Source: a bacterium
Lineage (GTDB): Bacteria > Electryoneota > JAOADG01
DNA length: 64,000 nucleotides
Direction: 5' to 3'
Assembly (NCBI GenBank): GCA_026417415.1
Contig: JAOADG010000008.1
Coordinates: 449,349-513,348 of the forward strand
A program made the position numbers and the translations under genes. The notes beneath the pieces are model-generated. The model ran no database searches, had not been told where the DNA came from, and saw only the letters and a program-made list of their open reading frames with translations. Each line of letters begins with the position of its first letter. Position 1 is the first letter of the stretch. Shown here piece after piece: positions 19,550 to 28,900 of the stretch.

Positions 19550-20658
19550 GTAAGTATATATCTAATGCTTTTCCTACCTTTGATTTTTTCAGATTAGTCC
19601 AATATGTATCCTTTAGAACGATTGCAGCTTCATTAACTGCTTTATTCTTAGCATTACATTTAGGCCCGAAAGTGATTCTGTTTTTACATAATAGAGGATG
19701 GCGAGATGTTCCTAAAGGTTTTGTAATTGGCGACAGTGAATCGAAAAAAGGAACACCAACCATGGGTGGGTTGTTGTTTCTATTGGGAACGTTGGTTTCA
19801 GCCATCCTCTGGTGTGATTTATCAAATCGTTTCGTCCAAATTCTACTAATTGCTACTCTGTATTTTGCATGTTTAGGGTTTTGGGATGACTATGGTAAAG
19901 TTAAAATAGGAAAAGGTGAAGGGGGGCTTTCTGAAGTAAAGAAATTATTTTTACAATTCGTCTTTGGAATAGGATTAGCACTCTTTATCGGTTATACAGA
20001 TTATTCTCCTTATCCTGATGTTTTTCGTACAGAAATTTTTCTACCATTTGTAAAACCATCTATTTACAAAGGAATTGATATCAACATAGGCATTTTTTAT
20101 ATCGCTTATGTTACCATTTTTACGATTTTCATTTCTAATTCTGTGAATATCAGTGATGGTTTTGATGGTCTGGCAATTGTACCTGCAGTAATTACTACTG
20201 CTGTATTTGCAATTTTTGCCTATATCTACGGTACCATAAATTTAGCAACTGGATTATTGTTTCGATACTTCCCGGGAACAACTGAAATCACTATTTTCTT
20301 AGCTGGTTTTATTGGCGCAGGAATAGGATTTTTATGGTTTAATTGTTATCCTGCGCAAATGTTTATGGGAGATACCGGTTCGTTAACCATAGGTGGAATG
20401 TTAGCAACTACGGCAGTATTATTAAAACAGGAAATGTTGTTTTTGTTCGCTGGTGCGTTTTTTGTAGCAGAAGGGTTGTCTTCACAAATCAGCGATAAGA
20501 TTGGACAAAAATTTTTAGGGAAAAGGTTGTTTACCAGAGCACCTTTGCACTACGCACTACAACATTCAGGACTATCTGAACCAAAAGTAGTTGTTCGTGC
20601 ATGGATTCTGTCTTTCATAATAGGTCTTTTTGCACTTGCTACTGTGAAACTTCGTTGA
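19534..20658 (+). CDS. mraY: Phospho-N-acetylmuramoyl-pentapeptide transferase
   Basis: KKGTPTMGG, GFWDDY, NSVNISDGFDGL, FMGDTGS, EPKVVVR; about 10 TM helices. Confidence 0.9.
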   Translation: MLYWLSKYISNAFPTFDFFRLVQYVSFRTIAASLTALFLALHLGPKVILFLHNRGWRDVPKGFVIGDSESKKGTPTMGGLLFLLGTLVSAILWCDLSNRFVQILLIATLYFACLGFWDDYGKVKIGKGEGGLSEVKKLFLQFVFGIGLALFIGYTDYSPYPDVFRTEIFLPFVKPSIYKGIDINIGIFYIAYVTIFTIFISNSVNISDGFDGLAIVPAVITTAVFAIFAYIYGTINLATGLLFRYFPGTTEITIFLAGFIGAGIGFLWFNCYPAQMFMGDTGSLTIGGMLATTAVLLKQEMLFLFAGAFFVAEGLSSQISDKIGQKFLGKRLFTRAPLHYALQHSGLSEPKVVVRAWILSFIIGLFALATVKLR

Positions 20659-21437
20659 TGGCTATTTCTATCCAAAATCTTGTAAAAGTTTATCCTAAAA
20701 AAAATGGAAATCCACCTGTTAGAGCATTAGATGGATTCTCCTGTCGTGTGAAAAAAGGCGAAATTTATGGCCTGCTAGGATTAAACGGATCAGGAAAATC
20801 AACAGTAATTAAAATTTGTACAACATTATTAAAACCTACCGGTGGTGAAATCAAAGTTTTAGGTTTATCGCCTACAACAGAAGGTAAGGAGTTACGGCCC
20901 AAGATTGGATTAGTAGCACAATCTGTATCTCTAAATGAATACGCATCTGTCCTTGAAAATTTTTTATTTTTTGGGAAAAGATATCCTAAAACAAAAGAAT
21001 TTCTTGAAAAAGAAATACGTGATTTATCTGACATCTTTGAGTTGCACCCCTTTTTAAACAGAATGGTCAAAGATTTATCCGGTGGAATGAAAAGAAAAGT
21101 AGATGTAGCGACGTCATTACTGCATCGTCCAGAGTTGTTGTTTTTAGATGAACCCACACTTGGTTTGGATGTTCCATTTCGAAGAACTATGTGGAAACAT
21201 TTATTACAACTTGTGCGAGAAAGAGAAATGACCATCATGCTAACTACGCACTATTTGGAGGAGGCGGACCAATTGTGCGATACAGTAGGGATCATCCATC
21301 ATGGCAAACTGTTGATTGAAGGTAAATCAAATGATTTGAAGAAAAGTATAATTCAAAAAACACCTAGTACTACTTTAGACGATGTATTTCTTTACTATAC
21401 AGGATTATCAATTCAAGAAGAAACTGAACAGTTATGA
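20658..21437 (+). CDS. ABC transporter ATP-binding protein (DrrA-like)
   Basis: GLNGSGKST, LSGGMKRK, LFLDEPTLGLD, TTHYLEEAD. ATG at 20658 overlaps the mraY stop (TGATG). Confidence 0.9.
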   Translation: MAISIQNLVKVYPKKNGNPPVRALDGFSCRVKKGEIYGLLGLNGSGKSTVIKICTTLLKPTGGEIKVLGLSPTTEGKELRPKIGLVAQSVSLNEYASVLENFLFFGKRYPKTKEFLEKEIRDLSDIFELHPFLNRMVKDLSGGMKRKVDVATSLLHRPELLFLDEPTLGLDVPFRRTMWKHLLQLVREREMTIMLTTHYLEEADQLCDTVGIIHHGKLLIEGKSNDLKKSIIQKTPSTTLDDVFLYYTGLSIQEETEQL

Positions 21438-22195
21438 ATTTATTTCGAAATCAGTTTATTGAAGATGTACTATCAATCGCTATCGATCGATTAAGGACGC
21501 AGATACGTGTTCCAGTTTGGGTTGCAATGGAATTTATAGAACCGATTATGTGGTTGATCATGTATAGTCAGTTATATACAAAAGAGATTACAACTTCGTT
21601 CCTTGGGAATAGATCTTATTTAGATTATTTCGTTCCCGGATTACTTTTAATGACTTGTTTTTTTGCTGCTTCTTGGAGTGGGATGGGATTGTTGGATCGG
21701 TTACGTTCGGGTTTCATCAATCGTGTATTAGTAACCCCTATTTCACGTTGGGCAATAATATTGGGGTATGCTTTAGCATTGACCATTACTTTATGGATTC
21801 AAATGGTAATCGTTTTATTGACAGCGTTTCTGTTGGGTTGGAGACCTGAACTAACTTTTCATTTACTATTTTTTTTATTTATAGCAGTAACCATGGTAGG
21901 TATTGCGTTTAGTGCATTATCATTTGCTTTAACCTTTGTAGGACAGCGTGAAGAAGCAATAATCCCCGTATTAAATTTTCTAATACTCCCTTTAATTTTT
22001 TTATCAGGAATTTTTATTCCACTTTCCTATTCTCCTAAATGGATACAGATTGCAGCCAAATTTAACCCTTTAGCTTGGACCCACAAGTTTGCAACTCTTC
22101 CGTTACCTCAGGCATACGGATATTTATTCCCAATTGTCCTTTTTACTTTGTTTGCTTTATGGATCAGTAGAAGAACAGTAAAACCTTATCTTTAA
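21434..22195 (+). CDS. ABC-2 type permease (DrrB-like)
   Basis: YLDYFVPG, RVLVTPISR, FLSGIFIP..PKWIQ..FNPL; ATGA overlap with the ATPase. Confidence 0.9.
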   Translation: MNLFRNQFIEDVLSIAIDRLRTQIRVPVWVAMEFIEPIMWLIMYSQLYTKEITTSFLGNRSYLDYFVPGLLLMTCFFAASWSGMGLLDRLRSGFINRVLVTPISRWAIILGYALALTITLWIQMVIVLLTAFLLGWRPELTFHLLFFLFIAVTMVGIAFSALSFALTFVGQREEAIIPVLNFLILPLIFLSGIFIPLSYSPKWIQIAAKFNPLAWTHKFATLPLPQAYGYLFPIVLFTLFALWISRRTVKPYL

Positions 22196-22347
22196 TGATC
22201 TTTTTTCACTTCAATCTGACAAGAGTTTGGTTCCCCCGAAACCGAATCTGATAGTCACGTTTTAACTCCCAATTTAGGTAGTACCCATTTCTGCAAGCCA
22301 AACCATACTAAAAAAATTGCAACGAACAACAAAATATCTGATAGCAC
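22192..22347 (-). CDS. Candidate small membrane selenoprotein (51 aa with UGA read as Sec; 30 aa if UGA is a stop)
   Basis: GGAG-7nt-GTG start. Translation MLSDILLFVAIFLVWFGLQKWVLPKLGVKT-U-LSDSVSGEPNSCQIEVKKDH*. In-frame TGA at 22255-22257 is followed by a hairpin. Absent from the ORF track. Confidence 0.6.
22217..22257 (-). promoter_or_regulatory. Putative bacterial SECIS element
   Basis: UGAC..AGA.UU.GGUUUC-GGG-GGAACC.AA.UCU.GUCA forms an extended hairpin with a G-rich apical loop 17 nt after the UGA. Confidence 0.5.
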
Positions 22348-22390
22348 TGATTTTCTCCAATTGATCAACTTGTTTATCTCCTTTAGTTAC

Positions 22391-22422
22391 AAAAAACGGA
22401 CTACTGAAAAGTAGTCCGTTTG
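22391..22422 (-). terminator. Intrinsic terminator of the C25/PorV-like operon
   Basis: AAACGGACTACT-gaaa-AGTAGTCCGTTT; T-run on the minus strand. Confidence 0.8.
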
Positions 22423-22439
22423 TATATTAAAGACACTAC

Positions 22440-23582
22440 TTATTTATTAGAACGAAGTTCATTTTCTAATCTTTTGAGTTCAGCTTCTGCTCTTTCTCTT
22501 TCTTGCTGAGCACGCATTAAATCAGAATTTAGGAATAGTAGATCAACCTCACTATCTACGGTCCAATCAAATAAAGACAGTTTTGTCTGCCGAGATAATC
22601 TTTCCCGAATTGCAGCACCTGCCGTACTTCTTCTACCTTCTCCTGTTTTTGCAAAAGGATCAATTTTATAAAACGGAGTCGGTGGAATAAATTTAAACAT
22701 ACCGTTTAAACGCCAAGGTTCATAATTCTTTTCTTTCTTAGTATCGTACTTATGTTTGGTTGAATTTTTGGCGTTGGTAATTAAAAATTCTGGTGAAACA
22801 AGAAAACTCAATCCTTCCATAATTCTGAATTCACCTAATACTGATAGATAAGCATAAGGTTCTCTTGAAAAAACATTTGGTTTTGGCATTCTAGCAAAGA
22901 ACAATCCAGCCACCTGACCACCTAATGAAATAGTATTTCTCACTGGATAAGTATAAGCCATTGAATAAGTAATGGATTGAGCAGATTTTGTTATTGAACT
23001 TACAACATCATTGTGATTTTTATACGTGATGGACACTCCGAAAAACTGACTTTCTTCTGGAGTTAATGGACGTGAATACCAAGATGTTGAGAAGGTCATG
23101 GATGGTTCCATCGCTGCGGAGTAATAAGTGTGATAAGGCAAATTATTAACTTTAGATGCAGGATAGCTCATTCCACCTGTAAAAGAATGAACTAACAACA
23201 ATTGACCCCAAGTCGTATAAATGTTTCCAAACTTTAGTCGCATTTCCAGATTGAATGGTATGAGATCACTAATCCCAAGTTTACCATAAGGATCTGCCCA
23301 TAAAGGATCTTGATAAAGAATTTGAGAAAGTCCTAATTCAATATTTCGCATAAAACCAAAATGTACACCAACTACACCAGACATGTTCCGTGTTTTAACG
23401 TTGGAAAAATTTTTAGTCCACACACGTCCATGTGAAGTTACCATCATTGAACCTGCTGGTATGGTCATACCTGATTGTACCCAATTGGTTCCATATCCCC
23501 CCGCAAATTCTTCACCAGAGGAAGGAATCACCAAAGAAAACAGTAAAACAAAAGACACAAGTAAACTAATAACCAGTTGCAT
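22440..23582 (-). CDS. Exported protein, probable outer-membrane beta-barrel with C-terminal coiled coil
   Basis: ATG 23582 after GGAGG; signal peptide; amphipathic aromatic-rich beta-strands; C-terminal RAQQERERAEAELKRLENEL. Confidence 0.55.
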   Translation of the reverse strand: MQLVISLLVSFVLLFSLVIPSSGEEFAGGYGTNWVQSGMTIPAGSMMVTSHGRVWTKNFSNVKTRNMSGVVGVHFGFMRNIELGLSQILYQDPLWADPYGKLGISDLIPFNLEMRLKFGNIYTTWGQLLLVHSFTGGMSYPASKVNNLPYHTYYSAAMEPSMTFSTSWYSRPLTPEESQFFGVSITYKNHNDVVSSITKSAQSITYSMAYTYPVRNTISLGGQVAGLFFARMPKPNVFSREPYAYLSVLGEFRIMEGLSFLVSPEFLITNAKNSTKHKYDTKKEKNYEPWRLNGMFKFIPPTPFYKIDPFAKTGEGRRSTAGAAIRERLSRQTKLSLFDWTVDSEVDLLFLNSDLMRAQQERERAEAELKRLENELRSNK

Positions 23583-23659
23583 ACTTCCTCCGAAATTAAT
23601 TAACTGTAACGAACATACCAAAATACTCCACAGTAGTCAAGTAAAGCAAGAATTTCCGA

Positions 23660-24157
23660 TTATTTTCTAATGAAAAAGTAATAGTAAACATTTGCCACGA
23701 TAGCCATCTGGGATAATACTGCAACAATTTGTGATGCTAACTCTCCGAGTGAACCAGCAATGATAATAGTATCTCCCGGTTCCAATTTTGGAATTAAACG
23801 CTCGTCTCCTGTAGAAAGATATTTTTTAATATTTACAATGATCACTTCCGATCCTGCAGAAGAACTACGAATAATACGTACGTTGTCTAATCTTGCTTTT
23901 GGAGCAGGTCCACCTGCTACAGAAACCAATGTGATTAAATCAGTGGTTGATGGGACTAAATATTGACCAGGTTTTAATACTAACCCCCAAATGTTCACTG
24001 CCATAAGTAATTCATTTTGCGAGCCAATGTAATATTGTGCGCCTCGCTCAGTTCCTGTGCCTAATAAGGTACCTGTTGCACCCATACTTTGACTATAAAT
24101 TGAAGTTTGTATAGACAAAGTAATAAATAATAAAAATAGGATAAGTTTCGTGTTCAA
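23660..24157 (-). CDS. SLBB-domain protein (Wza-like, short)
   Basis: VNIWGLVLKPGQY, SVAGGP, RLDNVRIIR, LEPGDTIII; signal peptide and C-terminal helix. Confidence 0.75.
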   Translation of the reverse strand: MNTKLILFLLFITLSIQTSIYSQSMGATGTLLGTGTERGAQYYIGSQNELLMAVNIWGLVLKPGQYLVPSTTDLITLVSVAGGPAPKARLDNVRIIRSSSAGSEVIIVNIKKYLSTGDERLIPKLEPGDTIIIAGSLGELASQIVAVLSQMAIVANVYYYFFIRK

Positions 24158-24167
24158 GAATCACCCC

Positions 24168-25013
24168 TTAATTGTTGTTACCAATTGTAAAATCCTTTTC
24201 TGAAAAAGAACTTGCTTGAAATGCAATCCAATATTCTAAACGCACGCGGTAGTTGCCAGCACGTAATCTACCTTGGATTAAAAATGTCGTATCTGCCGAT
24301 AAATCTTCATTAAAGCGTACATTTTGATCACTGTCATATCGTACTTGATACCACATCCAAACAATTTCATTAGATTGCGAAAATACTTTAACTACAAAAC
24401 GATCAGGTGCATTTTCTGAAGTAGAATATGGATTTTGCCATTGAAAATAAGGTATTCCAGAGGTTGTGTCGGAAACAGTTAAACCACTGGCTTTTTCTAA
24501 TAGTGCAAAAGTAATTGTATCCGATGCAGCACTACGATTTCCTGCTTCATCTATTGCATGCATCCAAATTTTAAAAGGACGAACATTTCCGCTAACTGGA
24601 TCTGGTAGCAACCGTCCATCTTGAATGATGTAAAACAATTGATTTCGGTTAAAAGGATGACGACCAATAAATACTACCTGTTCAACTGTGTCAAATGGGA
24701 TCATATAGATTTCCCATTCTCGGACATCCGTGTCAATGGGTGGTCTCCAGCGAAGTAGAAAAGAATTTGCACTACTCCCTAAATCAATCGGTCTTGACAG
24801 TGTATCTACGATTGTAGTGGGATGAACGACAGGAATAATTTGTGGTGGTGAAGGCGGAATAGCATCTATAGGTGTCGAATCTTCTCCACAACCGATGATA
24901 TAAAGAAAACTGAATGCGAGTAGAAACAAACTGATAAAACGTAAATTAGATACCAACACTAACTCCAATCCAATGATTAGTTCCAAGTTCAGGCTTTTGA
25001 TAAGTATAGTCAA
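24168..25013 (-). CDS. Lipoprotein with FN3/Ig-like domains
   Basis: Lipobox IIGC; LRWRPP..D, AIDEAGNRSAAS. The true start is probably near 24955. Confidence 0.65.
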   Translation of the reverse strand: MTILIKSLNLELIIGLELVLVSNLRFISLFLLAFSFLYIIGCGEDSTPIDAIPPSPPQIIPVVHPTTIVDTLSRPIDLGSSANSFLLRWRPPIDTDVREWEIYMIPFDTVEQVVFIGRHPFNRNQLFYIIQDGRLLPDPVSGNVRPFKIWMHAIDEAGNRSAASDTITFALLEKASGLTVSDTTSGIPYFQWQNPYSTSENAPDRFVVKVFSQSNEIVWMWYQVRYDSDQNVRFNEDLSADTTFLIQGRLRAGNYRVRLEYWIAFQASSFSEKDFTIGNNN

Positions 25014-25929
25014 GTTGCATTTTCCAATACTTTACTCCAACCCCGTAAACAAATTCATTTTTACGTAAACCCATTCGAAAAGATACCGTTCTTAAATAAG
25101 TTAATTCTGCACCCCAATTTACATAATACTCATATTTCTTTTCGGTATTTAACTCTACGATAAGATCACTATTGAGTGGACGTATAGGTTGTTCATAACC
25201 TAATCCATACCTCAACTTTAATGGAATTGCATCTTCTACACCACTCCCCCAATTGATACCAGTTTTCGTAAAGTCATTTGCAACTACTGATAGGTTAATC
25301 TCTCCGAGATGTTTTTGTGCAAACAAATCATTTAGGGATAATCGTAAACCCACAGCTCCATCAACACCTATACCATTAGCATTTTTATCAAATAACGCCA
25401 TTCGTATTAATTTTACATTCAGTCCAATAGGTACTTCAATAGGCAGTGAAAAATAACTCCATCCAAACTCAGCAGTAAAACGGTTCAATTTAGCAAAAGT
25501 AAAAAAGAGAGCATCTTCACGGTCTGTAGTTACACCAATAGGTAGACCATTACGATCACGTATAACGCGTTGACGTTCATCAATTGAAAGTTTAGTGTAA
25601 TCTGGCCAAATGGGTATATCATCTATTCCAACGCGTAACCAATGGATTCCAACTGCTGCACCAGTAATTGGCATGGCTGCACCGGCTACGTGATAGCTTC
25701 CTAAACCTTCAAACAAAGGTACGTACATTGCATGAATTTCAATATTTTTTATTCTAGATAGTAAGGAAGGATTCCAGTAAAATGATCCTGCTTGGTTGCC
25801 TGTAGCAACAGCACCACCCATAGCCAGCTGTCGTGGTCCAACACCCAATTCTAAAAATTCACCTGCATAGCGAGCTGCAAATGAAAAACAATGAAGGCAA
25901 AGAATAAGAAATACAATATATTTACTCAA
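24946..25929 (-). CDS. PorV/PorQ-like outer-membrane beta-barrel
   Basis: YAGEFLELGVGPRQLAMGGA and FYWNPS N-terminal motifs; terminal beta-strand NHWIGVSVGI. Confidence 0.8.
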   Translation of the reverse strand: MSKYIVFLILCLHCFSFAARYAGEFLELGVGPRQLAMGGAVATGNQAGSFYWNPSLLSRIKNIEIHAMYVPLFEGLGSYHVAGAAMPITGAAVGIHWLRVGIDDIPIWPDYTKLSIDERQRVIRDRNGLPIGVTTDREDALFFTFAKLNRFTAEFGWSYFSLPIEVPIGLNVKLIRMALFDKNANGIGVDGAVGLRLSLNDLFAQKHLGEINLSVVANDFTKTGINWGSGVEDAIPLKLRYGLGYEQPIRPLNSDLIVELNTEKKYEYYVNWGAELTYLRTVSFRMGLRKNEFVYGVGVKYWKMQLDYTYQKPELGTNHWIGVSVGI

Positions 25930-25935
25930 TGATGT

Positions 25936-28900
25936 TTACCTCAATTTGGCTAATTTCCCTTTTTTCTCGATGACTTGATTGTTGCTTTTTGCGGTTAATC
26001 GGTAAAAATAAACCCCGTTAGCTACCACTTCACCATTTTCGTCTCGGCCATCCCAGGTGATTTCTCGATAATTAATCACTTGTGGATCAGTTTCACGCAA
26101 TGTTCTTATTTTTTTACCAGATACCGTATAGATTTTGATTTCAACGGGTTCTGTAGTTTGATCGGTTAAACTGTAGAAAAATGTAGTAGTTTTTTGAAAA
26201 GGATTTGGAAAGTTTCCAAACCATTCTAATCGAAACTGATTAGCGACTAAAAAGTTTATGGAATCAGTTGCAGTATTACTTGCTAAATCTGTAACAATCA
26301 ATTTAGCCCAATGACGACCTGTTGAAAATCTTTTAGTGACGACAATGGAAGAGTTCTGAGAAACTTGATTGGATATCGGTAGTAGTAGTTCGTTTGAAGG
26401 AAGAGTATCACCATCAACTACAACATACACACTACCTTGCTGACTAAGATCCAATCCACCATTATCATATACACTTGCAGACAAACGTGCACCACTACGA
26501 ATATAGCCACCATCTGAGAAAATTTGTCCTTCTACAGTAAAATCAAATTTTGGTGCTGTTCTATCTTGATTATCCATTAAAGAAAACTGCTGATAAGGTG
26601 GTCCGTCATACAAGTGTATTCCTTGATTGTCCACAGTAGAATTTAGCATTTTCCAAAGATTGGTAAAATGTCGGGAATGAATTTTCGTACGATTGCCAAG
26701 AATAGTATCTGCTTGCATGTGTATAATTACGCGATTTAAATAGGCAGTAGTATCAATTTGTAAAAATACAATCCCACCCCCATTGAAGACGTTGCTTGGA
26801 TTTCTACCGAATATTGCAAATTTATTTAAAGTTTGTAATCGTGAATGCAAAGTATCACTGTAAGTTACAGACAATACTGTACTTGGTTTCTGTATTGAAT
26901 TCGGAGGAATAGAAACGCTTACTCGTGATGTTGGGTTATAACTAAACCCTCGATCTCCTTCAGTCGCAGTAATCCACCAATAGACGTTATTTGATGTTGC
27001 CAAATTGTAATTATCATTTTCACTCACTTCATTGACCACATTTTCATAATCAGCATAGTAAGAGAATTTGTATTGTCCCGGTGGATATTGAAATGGATAA
27101 TAAACACTTTGTGCTGTATAGGGTGGAATAGAGGGTACAGATAGGAACTCTACTGTAATGGTATCAGATATTTGTTTAATGATTGCTACTCGTAAAAGGG
27201 TAGGTGGAACTTGCAAGGGACTATTGTTGGTGACTGTGAATCGAACGAATAGCGAATCAGTTGCTCGCCAGTGTACTTGGTTAGGAACAACTAGATTAGG
27301 TCTTCCCGGATAAGCATAAAAATCATAATCTTGATTAGGTTGTCTTACATTCCCAAGTGAATCGATCCACCTCCAATTTGTTCTTAAACGCATAGAAGGT
27401 AAAAGAGCAGGTTGAAGGGAACTTTCATACCAGAATGGACCACGAATAAAGGAACGACTGAGTTGGATGGTATCAATAGATAAAATAGAATCGTCTAAGA
27501 AAAATTTTCTAATGATTCCTTGTAAAGTCCGTATCCCATCAGAATCTATAAGTTTTACATAAAACTTAAATGTCGTATCAGAAAGGAGGGGATTGGGATC
27601 AGTTGTTACACTATCAATAAAACCACTGCTTGCGGCGGATTGAATATAAAACGATGTAGCACCACGCACTGCGGTTTGATGGTTACTTTGATAAAACCCA
27701 CGTAAAGTTAAACCATTGGTAGAAATTCCACTAGGAACACGAATTCTAGTAGAAAATGAATTGGAAACAATCGGGCGAATCGAAACAATCGGTTCCCAAA
27801 CAGGATTATCAATAGAAAAATGATTTTGATTATACCATATAAAACTAACATTTCCACTATTGAAAGGAAGTGACGCTTGAATATCTATTGAGTCGCCTAC
27901 TTGAACAAACAATTGTGAACTATTTTGTTGAATATTTTCAAAAGCTTTGAAACGAAATGCAGGATCACCTAACAATGATGTAGCATAAAACGTATTACCA
28001 ACTGGGCCAAACATCGCACGATTGCCGTATCTACTGAGATAAATGGATTTAGTAAGAGTCATCAATTCACCATAAGAGATGTTCGGATATCTTCGGATTT
28101 GTTCAAACATAAATTGTTGAAACAAAATCATTTGTTCACGATAGCCTAAACCTGCTGTACCAAACACTCCGACTGCGCCTTTATTAGGATGAAGAACAAA
28201 GTCCTCACCCATAGAGCTGCGTTGTACATCACCATTAAACGCTACAATAAAGCAAGAGAAATTACAGATTAAAGGATACTTTCCTGCATTTCTCATATTT
28301 GCTATATCACGTGTGCGAAAGAGACCACCGTCAGACCAAATTTCACCTGCACCATGGCCATTGTATATCACCAAAGCTGAACCTTTCTCGAACAAATTTT
28401 GGAGTAAAGAGGTACCACCATAATAGGGAAGAGAAGGATTCTCTACTTGCATTTCCCAAAAGTCATAATATGGCGATAAACGATCACGATTAATACGGTT
28501 GTATATTGTATAAAGGTTTTGACCACCAGAACCTGTAACAAAAGTAATGTAATTTTGCCAACGATCAGGTGTTGGGTTGTTTTCTAATTCAAGAACTTTG
28601 TTAAAATAAAAACCGGCTTCCTCTTGAGTTCTTGCCGGAACACGACTAATATGAATATCTGGTAAATCATTTTCATCGTCTAAAATTGAATACCAAGTAT
28701 CAGAACCTACTACACCAATTTGTGAAACTGGAACCATAGGATGTGGAATAAGTGCACCATTTTTTCTTGGACTCCGATGCTGACGTTGAAGCCCGTCACC
28801 AAGTAGTAAGATGTACCGTGGAGGAATTTGCCAATTTCTTACAGCATAACGTAGAAATTCTAGAACTCCTTTGGGATGAAACATACCTTGTGTGAATCTT

